Positions 10,584-22,747 of a stretch of 64,000 nt of DNA are shown here, piece after piece (position 1 is the first letter of the stretch; each line of letters opens with the position of its first letter). The position numbers and the translations under genes are program-made. The notes beneath the pieces were generated by a model, which saw only the letters and a program-made list of their open reading frames with translations, searched no databases and had not been told where the DNA came from. The DNA lies in assembly GCF_003991155.1 (NCBI RefSeq), contig NZ_CP031293.1. One strand, written 5' to 3'. The stretch comes from Escherichia coli (GTDB lineage Bacteria > Pseudomonadota > Gammaproteobacteria > Enterobacterales > Enterobacteriaceae).

Positions 10584-11162
10584 TTAGCGCACGGCAGCCA
10601 TTGCCGGAAAATGGCGCGTGGTGCGAATCGGCAGCTGACGCAGTAAAAGCCAGACAATCACCGCTGTGAGAATTTTATCGACCAGGTTCGCGCCTATCAC
10701 CGTAATCGCCACCGACTCCACCAGGTTTTGCCCCATCGAGTGCATCCAGGCAACGAACAAATCGGCTCCGCTTCCTGTCACGCCGCCGAACAGCGCAGTA
10801 CGCAGCGGTACAGCGACGACCGTTACCGCAAGCGTAATAATCACGCCGCTAACAACGACTTTTGGCAGGGTGCGAAACCAACCCGCTCGCGCCAGCCAAC
10901 CGGCGACCAGGCCGATGACCATCGCGACGGGCGCAAATGCGGCGGCGATCGGGTCGGTCAGCAATCCCCAGAGTAAATTGGTCAGTAAACCGGTTAGCAT
11001 CCCGATCACCGGACCAAGCAGTACCGCGCTAATAAGTGTGCCGATGGAGTCGAGAAAAATAGGTAATTTGACCATGCTGGCCAGTTGCCCGCCGATCATA
11101 TTGATGGCGATAGAGATAACGATCAACACCAGTGCCTGACTGGAAAAGTGGCGACGCGCCAT
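10584..11162 (-). CDS. ECF transporter substrate-specific (S) component-like membrane protein, ~193 aa
   Basis: ORF 10584..11261 trimmed to the internal Met (MARRHFSSQ...) because the longer form overlaps the upstream gene; ~6 predicted TM segments, small size typical of S components. Confidence 0.55.
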   Translation of the reverse strand: MARRHFSSQALVLIVISIAINMIGGQLASMVKLPIFLDSIGTLISAVLLGPVIGMLTGLLTNLLWGLLTDPIAAAFAPVAMVIGLVAGWLARAGWFRTLPKVVVSGVIITLAVTVVAVPLRTALFGGVTGSGADLFVAWMHSMGQNLVESVAITVIGANLVDKILTAVIVWLLLRQLPIRTTRHFPAMAAVR

Positions 11163-11184
11163 AAGAAAACCTCTCTGAAAATAG

Positions 11185-11616
11185 TTATTTAACGGGGGAA
11201 ATATGCAACTCGTCGTAACCAGAAAGCGCGCAAAGCTGGCGGCTAAACGCCAGTTCCTCAAGGCAGCCGATCACCAGTTCAAGCGTGGTCCGCACGGTAC
11301 AGCCGGGCATCATATGACCGCCAAGCATCGTGCCGTGTGGATCGGAAACGCAGAGATGAAGATGTTCACCACTCTGTTCCAGCGTGCCGTTCAATGCGAT
11401 GACTTCGAACTTACCGCTTAGCAGGGCTGTGTTTTCTTGCCCGGCATAGCGTAAGGCGACGTCAGTCAGACTGCCGGTACAACCTGCAATCCACGCGGCG
11501 TGGAGTTGTTGTTGCTGCGCGAAGGCGCGTAATTGGGAGAGAACTTCCTGCCCGGGGAGCAGGCGCAGCGCGTAAAAACGTGCGGAGGAAGAATATGGGT
11601 AGGGCAATGTCATCAT
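11185..11616 (-). CDS. DUF296 / PPC-domain protein, 143 aa
   Basis: ORF 11185..11616; recalled similarity to the PPC (DUF296) domain family; first gene of the minus-strand island operon. Confidence 0.55.
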   Translation of the reverse strand: MMTLPYPYSSSARFYALRLLPGQEVLSQLRAFAQQQQLHAAWIAGCTGSLTDVALRYAGQENTALLSGKFEVIALNGTLEQSGEHLHLCVSDPHGTMLGGHMMPGCTVRTTLELVIGCLEELAFSRQLCALSGYDELHISPVK

Positions 11617-11987
11617 TGGAGTACTCCGAAACTCGGACGTATTGCGGATAATATCGACGCTGCATCAGTCATATTCTGATATAAGTCAGGGTTTGTGACG
11701 GCACAACGAAAAGATTTTGCTACGCTTATTCGTGATTCTGCAAAGTGGAATAAATTCCACAGGGGCGGGGCTGAAAACGTGACGTAAGTCAGATAATTGT
11801 CTTCTTTGACTGGACAATCATTCCTTTTATTCCACGTTTCGCTTATCCTAGCTGAAGCGTTTCAGTCGATTAAATGTTCGACAATTAACCAATCAGTCGC
11901 AGTTTGCGACAGGTAAGGTTTCCCCGAACGATTTGCTGGATTACTCTGTCTGGCAAATTTGCTCAGGGAAAACCTTGCAGGAGATCT

Positions 11988-13007
11988 ATGACCGTACGCG
12001 TAGCGATAAATGGCTTCGGTCGCATCGGGCGTAATGTGGTTCGTGCTTTGTATGAATCCGGACGCCGTGCGGAAATTACCGTGGTGGCAATCAACGAACT
12101 GGCGGATGCTGCGGGCATGGCGCATTTGTTGAAATATGACACCAGCCATGGCCGTTTTGCATGGGAAGTACGACAGGAACGCGATCAACTTTTTGTTGGT
12201 GATGACGCCATCCGTGTATTGCATGAACGTTCACTGCAATCGCTCCCCTGGCGTGAACTTGGCGTTGATGTAGTCCTCGACTGCACCGGCGTATATGGCT
12301 CCCGCGAGCATGGTGAAGCACACATTGCCGCCGGGGCTAAAAAAGTGCTCTTTTCACATCCTGGCAGTAACGATCTCGACACGACCGTTGTTTACGGCGT
12401 CAATCAGGATCAACTTCGTGCGGAACACCGCATCGTTTCTAACGCTTCCTGTACCACGAATTGCATAATTCCCGTCATCAAATTGTTAGATGATGCGTAC
12501 GGTATTGAGTCCGGCACTGTGACCACCATTCACTCCGCCATGCACGATCAACAGGTTATTGATGCATACCATCCTGACCTGCGTCGCACTCGGGCAGCCA
12601 GTCAGTCGATCATTCCGGTCGATACTAAACTGGCCGCCGGTATCACACGATTTTTTCCGCAATTTAACGATCGCTTTGAAGCGATTGCGGTACGTGTGCC
12701 AACCATAAATGTGACGGCAATCGATTTAAGCGTGACGGTGAAGAAACCTGTAAAAGCCAATGAAGTCAACCTGTTGCTGCAAAAAGCAGCACAAGGTGCA
12801 TTTCATGGTATAGTTGACTATACGGAATTGCCGTTGGTCTCTGTAGATTTTAACCACGATCCGCACAGTGCCATTGTCGATGGCACCCAAACCCGGGTCA
12901 GTGGCGCACACCTGATCAAAACGTTGGTCTGGTGCGATAACGAATGGGGCTTTGCTAACCGAATGCTCGACACGACGTTAGCTATGGCTACTGTTGCTTT
13001 CAGGTAA
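11988..13007 (+). CDS. epd: D-erythrose-4-phosphate dehydrogenase, 339 aa
   Basis: ORF 11904..13007 trimmed to [17 protein letters not shown] (GAPDH-family N-terminus); matches recalled Epd. Confidence 0.93.
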
Positions 13008-13056
13008 GACGCAAGCAGCGTCTGCAAAACTTTTAGAATCAACGAGAGGATTCACC

Positions 13057-14220
13057 ATGTCTGTAATTAAGATGACCGATCTGGATCTTGCTGGGAAACG
13101 TGTATTTATCCGTGCGGATCTGAACGTACCAGTAAAAGACGGGAAAGTAACCAGCGATGCGCGTATCCGTGCTTCTCTGCCGACCATCGAACTGGCCCTG
13201 AAACAAGGCGCAAAAGTGATGGTAACTTCCCACCTGGGTCGTCCTACCGAAGGCGAGTACAACGAAGAATTCTCTCTGCTGCCGGTTGTTAACTACCTGA
13301 AAGACAAACTGTCTAACCCGGTTCGTCTGGTTAAAGATTACCTCGACGGCGTTGACGTTGCTGAAGGTGAACTGGTTGTTCTGGAAAACGTTCGCTTCAA
13401 CAAAGGCGAGAAGAAAGACGACGAAACCCTGTCCAAAAAATACGCTGCACTGTGTGACGTGTTCGTAATGGACGCATTCGGTACTGCTCACCGCGCGCAG
13501 GCTTCTACTCACGGTATCGGTAAATTCGCTGATGTTGCGTGCGCAGGCCCGCTGCTGGCAGCTGAACTGGACGCGCTGGGTAAAGCGCTGAAAGAACCTG
13601 CTCGCCCGATGGTGGCTATCGTTGGTGGTTCTAAAGTATCTACCAAACTGACCGTTCTGGACTCCCTGTCTAAAATCGCTGACCAGCTGATTGTTGGTGG
13701 TGGTATCGCTAACACCTTTATCGCGGCACAAGGCCACGATGTGGGTAAATCCCTGTACGAAGCTGATCTGGTTGACGAAGCAAAACGTCTGCTGACCACC
13801 TGCAACATCCCGGTTCCGTCTGATGTTCGTGTAGCAACTGAGTTCTCTGAAACTGCGCCGGCTACCCTGAAATCTGTTAACGATGTGAAAGCTGACGAGC
13901 AGATCCTGGATATCGGTGATGCTTCCGCTCAGGAACTGGCTGAAATCCTGAAGAATGCGAAAACCATTCTGTGGAACGGTCCGGTTGGCGTGTTCGAATT
14001 CCCGAACTTCCGCAAAGGTACTGAAATCGTGGCTAACGCTATCGCAGACAGCGAAGCGTTCTCCATCGCTGGCGGCGGCGACACTCTGGCAGCAATCGAC
14101 CTGTTCGGCATTGCTGACAAAATCTCCTACATCTCCACTGGCGGCGGCGCATTCCTCGAATTCGTGGAAGGTAAAGTACTGCCTGCAGTAGCGATGCTCG
14201 AAGAGCGCGCTAAGAAGTAA
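13057..14220 (+). CDS. pgk: Phosphoglycerate kinase, 387 aa
   Basis: ORF 12994..14220 trimmed to [25 protein letters not shown]. Confidence 0.95.
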
Positions 14221-14433
14221 AAAATCACAGGGCAGGGAAACCTGCCCTTGTTGCAGCGCGCTTTTAAAGCACGCACTTTTTCATACTCTAAATAATTCGA
14301 GTTGCAGGAAGGCGACAAGAGAGTGAATCCCATGAGCTTACATAAGTAAGTGACTGAGGTGAGCGAACGCAGACGCAGCACATGCAACTTGAAGTATGAC
14401 GAGTATAAGGCCCGACGATACAGGACAAGAGAC

Positions 14434-15513
14434 ATGTCTAAGATTTTTGATTTCGTAAAACCTGGCGTAATCACTGGTGATGACGTACAGAAAGTTTTCC
14501 AGGTAGCAAAAGAAAACAACTTCGCACTGCCAGCAGTAAACTGCGTCGGTACTGACTCCATCAACGCCGTGCTGGAAACCGCTGCTAAAGTTAAAGCGCC
14601 GGTTATCGTTCAGTTCTCCAACGGTGGTGCTTCCTTTATCGCTGGTAAAGGCGTGAAATCTGACGTTCCGCAGGGTGCTGCTATCCTGGGCGCGATCTCT
14701 GGTGCGCATCACGTTCACCAGATGGCTGAACATTATGGTGTTCCGGTTATCCTGCACACCGACCACTGCGCTAAGAAACTGCTGCCGTGGATCGACGGTC
14801 TGCTGGACGCGGGTGAAAAACACTTCGCAGCTACCGGCAAGCCGCTGTTCTCTTCTCACATGATCGACCTGTCTGAAGAATCTCTGCAAGAGAACATCGA
14901 AATCTGCTCTAAATACCTGGAGCGCATGTCCAAAATCGGCATGACTCTGGAAATCGAACTGGGTTGCACCGGTGGTGAAGAAGACGGCGTGGACAACAGC
15001 CACATGGACGCTTCTGCACTGTACACCCAGCCGGAAGACGTTGATTATGCGTATACCGAGCTGAGCAAAATCAGCCCGCGTTTCACCATCGCTGCGTCCT
15101 TCGGTAACGTACACGGTGTTTACAAGCCGGGTAACGTTGTTCTGACTCCGACCATCCTGCGCGACTCTCAGGAATATGTTTCTAAGAAACACAACCTGCC
15201 GCACAACAGCCTGAACTTCGTATTCCACGGTGGTTCCGGTTCTACTGCTCAGGAAATCAAAGACTCCGTAAGCTACGGCGTAGTGAAAATGAACATCGAT
15301 ACCGATACCCAATGGGCAACCTGGGAAGGTGTTCTGAACTACTACAAAGAAAACGAAGCTTACCTGCAAGGCCAGCTGGGCAACCCGAAAGGCGAAGATC
15401 AGCCGAACAAGAAATACTACGATCCGCGCGTATGGCTGCGTGCCGGTCAGACTTCGATGATCGCTCGTCTGGAAAAAGCATTCCAGGAACTGAACGCGAT
15501 CGACGTTCTGTAA
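14434..15513 (+). CDS. fbaA: Fructose-bisphosphate aldolase class II, 359 aa
   Basis: ORF 14350..15513 trimmed to MSKIFDFVKPGVITGDDVQK. Confidence 0.95.
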   Translation: MSKIFDFVKPGVITGDDVQKVFQVAKENNFALPAVNCVGTDSINAVLETAAKVKAPVIVQFSNGGASFIAGKGVKSDVPQGAAILGAISGAHHVHQMAEHYGVPVILHTDHCAKKLLPWIDGLLDAGEKHFAATGKPLFSSHMIDLSEESLQENIEICSKYLERMSKIGMTLEIELGCTGGEEDGVDNSHMDASALYTQPEDVDYAYTELSKISPRFTIAASFGNVHGVYKPGNVVLTPTILRDSQEYVSKKHNLPHNSLNFVFHGGSGSTAQEIKDSVSYGVVKMNIDTDTQWATWEGVLNYYKENEAYLQGQLGNPKGEDQPNKKYYDPRVWLRAGQTSMIARLEKAFQELNAIDVL

Positions 15514-15536
15514 GATATTCCTTTCTGCTTATCTCA

Positions 15537-15562
15537 AGGCCCGCTCTGCGGGTCTTTTTTTC
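15537..15562 (+). terminator. Intrinsic terminator after fbaA
   Basis: gcccgctctgcgggtc hairpin followed by a T7 run. Confidence 0.7.
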
Positions 15563-15703
15563 GCCAAAAGCAAGGTGATACAGATGAGAAATCTGTGATC
15601 TATTTGGCAAAATTATGCTTTATTGTTTACCCTTGTCAGACTGCCCGTCATAAGGCGGCGGAGTGTATTTCTCCATTTTGAGTCAGTTGAAAAGGAATAT
15701 TGA

Positions 15704-16564
<861 letters not shown>

Positions 16565-16573
16565 TCAACGCTG

Positions 16574-16608
16574 AGGCCAGATAATACTCTCTGGCCTCTC
16601 TCTTATTA
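16574..16608 (+). terminator. Intrinsic terminator after mscS
   Basis: gaggccagataatactctctggcctc hairpin followed by a T-rich tract. Confidence 0.6.
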
Positions 16609-16702
16609 GTTTTTCTGATTGCCAATTAATATTATCAATTTCCGCTAATAACAATCCCGCGATATAGTCTCTGCATCAGATACTTAATTCGGAATATCCA
16701 AC

Positions 16703-17338
16703 GTGTTTTCTTATTACTTTCAAGGTCTTGCACTTGGCGCAGCTATGATCCTACCGCTCGGTCCACAAAATGCTTTTGTGATGAATCAGGGCATTCGTCG
16801 TCAGTACCACATTATGATTGCCTTACTTTGTGCTATCAGCGATTTGGTCCTGATTTGTGCGGGGATTTTTGGTGGCAGCGCGTTATTGATGCAGTCGCCG
16901 TGGTTGCTGGCGCTGGTCACCTGGGGCGGCGTAGCCTTCTTGCTGTGGTATGGTTTTGGCGCTTTTAAAACAGCAATGAGCAGTAACATTGAGTTAGCCA
17001 GTGCCGAAGTCCTGAAACAAGGCAGATGGAAAATTATCGCCACCATGTTGGCAGTGACCTGGCTGAATCCGCATGTTTACCTGGATACTTTTGTTGTGCT
17101 GGGCAGCCCTGGCGGGCAACTTGATGTGGAACCAAAACGTTGGTTTGCGCTCGGAACAATTAGCGCCTCTTTCCTGTGGTTCTTTGGTCTGGCTATTCTC
17201 GCAGCCTGGCTGGCACCGCGCCTGCGCACGGCAAAATCACAGCGCATTATCAATCTGGTAGTGGGATGTGTTATGTGGTTTATTGCCTTGCAGCTGGCGA
17301 GAGACGGTATTGCTCATGCACAAGCCTTGTTCAGTTAG
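16703..17338 (+). CDS. argO: Arginine exporter (LysE family), 211 aa
   Basis: ORF 16703..17338 with GTG start; matches recalled ArgO (YggA). Confidence 0.9.
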   Translation: MFSYYFQGLALGAAMILPLGPQNAFVMNQGIRRQYHIMIALLCAISDLVLICAGIFGGSALLMQSPWLLALVTWGGVAFLLWYGFGAFKTAMSSNIELASAEVLKQGRWKIIATMLAVTWLNPHVYLDTFVVLGSPGGQLDVEPKRWFALGTISASFLWFFGLAILAAWLAPRLRTAKSQRIINLVVGCVMWFIALQLARDGIAHAQALFS

Positions 17339-17430
17339 GCGCTATCTGATGGAAAAATAAAACAGAGGCGCTAAGCTTGCCTCCAGAGGTCCTGAATTTT
17401 GGGCAAGTCAATTAACACGGAGAGACTAAC

Positions 17431-18171
17431 GTGAAGTTCAAAGTTATCGCCCTGGCGGCATTAATGGGTATTAGCGGGATGGCAGCGCAGGCTAACGAAT
17501 TGCCGGATGGACCGCATATTGTCACCTCCGGTACGGCAAGCGTGGATGCGGTGCCAGACATTGCCACTCTTGCGATTGAAGTTAACGTGGCCGCGAAGGA
17601 TGCCGCTACTGCCAAGAAACAGGCAGATGAGCGCGTCGCACAATACATTTCCTTCCTTGAGCTCAATCAGATCGCGAAAAAAGATATCAGCTCAGCGAAC
17701 TTACGCACTCAGCCAGATTATGATTATCAGGATGGTAAAAGTATCCTGAAAGGCTACCGCGCAGTGAGAACGGTGGAAGTCACGCTCCGTCAGTTAGACA
17801 AACTGAATTCCTTGCTGGACGGCGCGCTAAAGGCGGGTCTTAACGAAATTCGTTCTGTGTCGCTGGGCGTGGCGCAGCCGGATGCCTATAAAGACAAAGC
17901 GCGTAAGGCAGCGATTGATAACGCGATTCATCAGGCGCAGGAACTGGCGAATGGCTTTAATCGCAAACTCGGGCCGGTATATAGCGTGCGTTATCATGTT
18001 TCCAACTATCAGCCCAGCCCAATGGTGCGGATGATGAAAGCTGATGCTGCACCGGTGTCCGCACAGGAAACTTACGAGCAGGCCGCTATTCAGTTTGATG
18101 ATCAGGTCGATGTAGTCTTCCAGTTAGAACCTGTGGATCAACCCCCCGCTAAAACACCTGCTGCACATTAA
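17431..18171 (+). CDS. yggE: DUF541/SIMPL-family periplasmic protein, 246 aa
   Basis: ORF 17431..18171 with GTG start and signal peptide (MKFKVIALAALMGISGMAAQA). Confidence 0.88.
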   Translation: MKFKVIALAALMGISGMAAQANELPDGPHIVTSGTASVDAVPDIATLAIEVNVAAKDAATAKKQADERVAQYISFLELNQIAKKDISSANLRTQPDYDYQDGKSILKGYRAVRTVEVTLRQLDKLNSLLDGALKAGLNEIRSVSLGVAQPDAYKDKARKAAIDNAIHQAQELANGFNRKLGPVYSVRYHVSNYQPSPMVRMMKADAAPVSAQETYEQAAIQFDDQVDVVFQLEPVDQPPAKTPAAH

Positions 18172-18328
18172 TACTTGTAGCCCGACGTATTCGTCGGGCT
18201 AATGTCTTTACCCGATATTGTCTCCTTTTTCTGTAAAACCATGACGTAATCACCTATCTTTGCTCGCGGTTTCATCAAGGATAGGCTGACTGAAACGGTT
18301 AAGCGGACAAGGATGCGGGAGAGGGGGG

Positions 18329-19219
18329 ATGGACATTTTTATTTCGAAAAAGATGCGCAATTTCATTTTATTAGCGCAAACCAATAATATTGCCCGGGCG
18401 GCAGAAAAAATCCATATGACGGCTTCGCGATTTGGCAAAAGCATTGCCGCGCTGGAAGAACAAATTGGCTATACGCTATTTACCCGCAAAGATAATAATA
18501 TCAGCCTCAATAAAGCCGGACAGGAACTGTATCAAAAACTGTTCCCGGTTTATCAACGACTTTCTGCGATTGATAATGAAATCCATAACTCAGGACGTCG
18601 TTCACGAGAAATTGTGATAGGCATAGATAATACTTATCCGACCATTATTTTTGATCAGTTGATTAGTCTCGGAGATAAGTACGAAGGCGTGACCGCCCAG
18701 CCAGTTGAGTTCAGCGAAAATGGCGTTATCGATAATCTTTTTGACCGTCAGTTAGATTTTAATATCTCCCCACAGCATGTATCTGCACGAGTTCAGGAAC
18801 TGGAAAACCTGACTATCAGTGAACTACCGCCGCTGCGATTGGGCTTTCTCGTTTCTCGCCGTTATGAAGAGCGACAAGAGCTGCTTCAGGAGCTGCCCTG
18901 GCTACAAATGCGCTTTCAGAATCGGGCCAATTTCGAAGCAATGATTGATGCGAATATGCGTCCTTGTGGGATCAATCCCACCATTATTTATCGTCCCTAC
19001 AGTTTTATGGCCAAAATCAGCGCCGTGGAGCGGGAACATTTTCTGACGGTGATCCCGCATTTTGCCTGGCGACTGGTGAATCCGGCAACGCTGAAATATT
19101 TTGATGCGCTGCACAGACCGATGTATATGCAGGAATATCTTTATTCAATCAGAAATCATCGTTATACCGCCACGATGCTTCAGCATATTGCTGAAGATCG
19201 TGACGGGACAAACCATTAA
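18329..19219 (+). CDS. ygfI: LysR-family transcriptional regulator
   Basis: ORF 18329..19219; N-terminal HTH, start codon choice (18329 or 18353) uncertain; 3' end abuts the sbm remnant. Confidence 0.8.
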   Translation: MDIFISKKMRNFILLAQTNNIARAAEKIHMTASRFGKSIAALEEQIGYTLFTRKDNNISLNKAGQELYQKLFPVYQRLSAIDNEIHNSGRRSREIVIGIDNTYPTIIFDQLISLGDKYEGVTAQPVEFSENGVIDNLFDRQLDFNISPQHVSARVQELENLTISELPPLRLGFLVSRRYEERQELLQELPWLQMRFQNRANFEAMIDANMRPCGINPTIIYRPYSFMAKISAVEREHFLTVIPHFAWRLVNPATLKYFDALHRPMYMQEYLYSIRNHRYTATMLQHIAEDRDGTNH

Positions 19220-20310
19220 CCCAGCATCGATCCGGTTGCAATTAAATTACGGTGTAAGTCGAAGACGTGGCTAAGATCGTGGTGAATATGTCCGCCGGAC
19301 GCATTTTCCAGATAGCGATGCAGATAATCCCGACACATAGGATGTGCACAATGATCAATGGTGGTGCGGATAACGTTGTTATACGGATCCTGTGCGCCAA
19401 ATCCACTGACCGCTTCGCTCCATAAATAACGTGCCGCACGCAACATGGCGGCGTTCATAAACAGATCCATGCCAATGCCGAAGAAAAACGACAGGCGAGG
19501 GACGAAGCCATCAATTTTCAGCCCGGCGGAGATTGCTGCTTTGATGTACTCAATCCTATCGGCGAGCGTAAATGCTACCTGCTGCACGCAGTTGGCACCC
19601 GCTTCACCCATGTGGTAACTGCTGATACTGATGGTATTAAATCGCGGCATGTTGCCGGAACACCAGGCGATGATGTCTGCGATAATACGCATTGACGGTT
19701 TTGGCGGGTAAATATAGGTATTGCGGCAGAGGTACTCTTTGAGGATATCGTTCTGAATGGTGCCGGTCAGTTTATCGGATGTAACACCTTGCTCTTCTGC
19801 GGCGACGATATAAAACGCCAGTACTGGTAGCACTGCGCCATTCATGGTCATAGAAACCGACATTTTATCCAGCGGGATCTGGTCGAACAGGACTTTCATA
19901 TCTTCCACGGTGTCGATAGCGACGCCCGCTTTGCCGACGTCGCCCGCCACGCGTGGGTTATCGGAGTCGTAGCCTCGGTGGGCGGCAAGGTCAAACGCAA
20001 CGGAAAGACCTTTTTGCCCGGCGGCCAGGTTACGGCGATAAAAAGCGTTGGACTCTTTTGCTGTCGAGAAACCAGCATACTGACGGATGGTCCACGGTTG
20101 GGTGGTATACATAGTGGCACGCGGGCCACGAACGTAGGGTGGCAAACCAGGAAGAGTACCCGTCACCTCCAGATTATCGAGATCGGCTTCGGTATACAGC
20201 GGCTTGATAGCGATCCCTTCCGCGGTTTGCTGAACCAGCGAGTCGACAGTTTTCTCCCGACGGCTCAATTCATTGTTGGCAAGCTGTTGCCACACCAGCA
20301 CGTTAGACAT
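19216..20310 (-). pseudogene. scpA: Methylmalonyl-CoA mutase (sbm/scpA) 5' remnant; rest of the operon absent
   Basis: ORF 19216..20331 matches the N-terminal ~330 residues of Sbm from MSNV... ([19 protein letters not shown]...), then diverges and terminates; no argK/scpB/scpC sequence follows. Confidence 0.75.
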
Positions 20311-20512
20311 TATTTGCTCCGTAAAACGCAATCAAAGTGAGGGTATTTGCGCTTACGGTGAGCTTTTTACGTGGGTTTGTCGCCAGCAAAAAAATGCATT
20401 CAGACGTCGTTTTTTGCCGCCTGAGATTTGTCTATTTTGTAATGTGATTCAAGGAATACAAAAAGAAGTGAGGATAACGCCTGATATGTGCTATCAGGCA
20501 TTATTTGATGGA

Positions 20513-21406
20513 TTAATCCTGACGAAGAACTTTGTGACCATAATCGAGCAACGCATCAGTGACTTTACGCATCATGCGGCTTTCAGGAGCAAAGCGGTGC
20601 CAGTAGAGCATCCGGCGTTGGAATAGCCCTGGCGTTAAGTCAATCAGTTCGCCGCTGGCCAGCTCTTTCTCGATTTGCAGGTGCGGGATCATACAGCAGG
20701 TGGTGCCCTGACGAGCAAGTTGCACGAACGCTTCCGAAGAATTAACGATATGGCAGGGTACGCTGCCAGGAGGCAGATCGAAATTTTGCTGCAAAAAGGC
20801 CTGGTGCATATCGTCAAGATGGTCAAACGCGACCACTGGCGCTTTCAGTAATGCCGAACGCGTTACGCCGTTAGGGAAATATTTTTCGGCAAAAGGTTTT
20901 GAGCTGACGAACAGATAGTCGAGCGCACCGAGTTTATCGACAAGACAACTCGGCAGCGCCTGATGTTGAATACTCACTGCGCCGACCACTTCGCCGCGAC
21001 GCAGACGTTCCTGAGTGCGGGTTTCATCTTCTACCTGCAAGTTGAGGCGGATGGGCGAATCAGCCAACACAGGAGCCAGTGCCGGAAGCAACCACGTCGC
21101 CAGACTGTCGGCGTTGACCGCCAGTGAAAGCAGCAGCGGAGTCGAACCGGTTTGTTCATCGCCCAGCCACTCTTCTTCCAGCAGCTCCACCTGGCGTAGT
21201 AGCGCCAACAGTTTTTGCCCTTGTTCCGTCGGGCGCGGCGGTACGGTACGCACTAACAACGGCTGCCCGAACATATTTTCCAGTTGCTTAATGCGCTGTG
21301 AGACGGCTGATTGTGTAATGCACAGCTTTTGTGCCGCGCGCTCAAATCCTCGTTCACGTATCACCGCATCCAGTGCCTGTAATGTTCTGTAGTCCGGGCG
21401 TTTCAT
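20513..21406 (-). CDS. argP: LysR-family regulator ArgP (IciA), 297 aa
   Basis: ORF 20513..21661 trimmed to [28 protein letters not shown]. Confidence 0.92.
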
Positions 21407-21832
21407 TGCTGTTGTCTGCTCCTGGTAAATGCTTTTTCCTGCACTATGACACAATTTTGTGTCGGGTTGCATATACCGAAGCCGTTGGTGGGTAACATTT
21501 GTATCAGTGGTTAACGCGCAGCTTAAAAGATCAGGGATTTGCGCTAATGCATTTCGCTCAGCGAGTTCGCGCCCTGGTTGTGTTGAATGGCGTGGCGTTA
21601 TTGCCTCAGTTTGCCTGTAAACAGGGGCTTGCGAACGGGGAACTGGTGCGCCTGTTTGCACCGTGGAGCGGCATACCCAGACCGTTGTATGCTTTACTTG
21701 CGGGGCGAAAGGGGATGCCCGCCATTGCGCGATATTTTATGGATGAGTTAACCACGCGGCTTGCCAACGGGGTCTGAATCGCTTTTTTTGTATATAATGC
21801 GTGTGAAATTTCATACCACAGGCGAAACGATC

Positions 21833-22492
21833 ATGACGCAGGATGAATTGAAAAAAGCAGTAGGATGGGCGGCACTTCAGTATGTTCAGCTCGGCACCAT
21901 TGTTGGTGTAGGTACAGGTTCCACCGCCGCACACTTTATTGACGCACTCGGTACAATGAAAGGCCAGATTGAAGGGGCCGTTTCCAGTTCAGATGCTTCC
22001 ACTGAAAAACTGAAAAGCCTCGGCATTCACGTTTTTGATCTCAACGAAGTCGACAGCCTTGGCATCTACGTTGATGGCGCAGATGAAATCAACGGCCACA
22101 TGCAAATGATCAAAGGCGGCGGCGCGGCGCTGACCCGTGAAAAAATCATTGCTTCGGTTGCGGAAAAATTTATCTGTATTGCAGACGCTTCCAAGCAGGT
22201 TGATATTCTGGGCAAATTCCCGCTGCCAGTAGAAGTTATCCCGATGGCACGTAGTGCAGTGGCGCGCCAGCTGGTGAAACTGGGCGGTCGTCCGGAATAC
22301 CGTCAGGGCGTAGTGACCGATAACGGCAACGTGATCCTCGACGTCCACGGCATGGAAATCCTTGACCCGATAGCGATGGAAAACGCCATAAATGCGATTC
22401 CTGGCGTGGTGACTGTTGGTTTGTTTGCTAACCGTGGCGCGGACGTTGCGCTGATTGGCACACCTGACGGTGTCAAAACTATTGTGAAATGA
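21833..22492 (+). CDS. rpiA: Ribose-5-phosphate isomerase A, 219 aa
   Basis: ORF 21761..22492 trimmed to [19 protein letters not shown]. Confidence 0.93.
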   Translation: MTQDELKKAVGWAALQYVQLGTIVGVGTGSTAAHFIDALGTMKGQIEGAVSSSDASTEKLKSLGIHVFDLNEVDSLGIYVDGADEINGHMQMIKGGGAALTREKIIASVAEKFICIADASKQVDILGKFPLPVEVIPMARSAVARQLVKLGGRPEYRQGVVTDNGNVILDVHGMEILDPIAMENAINAIPGVVTVGLFANRGADVALIGTPDGVKTIVK

Positions 22493-22747
22493 TCTGACGG
22501 GGGAACCTCCCCCGTTAAAAAAATTCTCTTCATTAAATTTGGTGACATGTGTCACGTTTTTACCTGGCAATTGTCGATTGCTCTAAATAAATCCTCTAAA
22601 CCAGCATATTCATCCAAGAAATACTTTTGCGTGATATTTCCTCAACATAGCGACGCAAACGTTCATATTGCCGCAATATTATTTTTTGATATGTTGAAAG
22701 GCGGATGCAAATCCGCACACAACATTTCAAAAGACAGGATTGGGTAA

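Noticed and set aside
11617-11987. Possible TPP riboswitch (thi-box) upstream of the ECF operon
   Set aside because: No recognisable thi-box core (CUGAGA ... conserved stems) on the operon strand; left as unannotated promoter region.
13039-15369. Long minus-strand ORFs antisense to pgk and fbaA (13039..13737, 14338..15369)
   Set aside because: Antisense to highly expressed glycolytic genes; no independent support.
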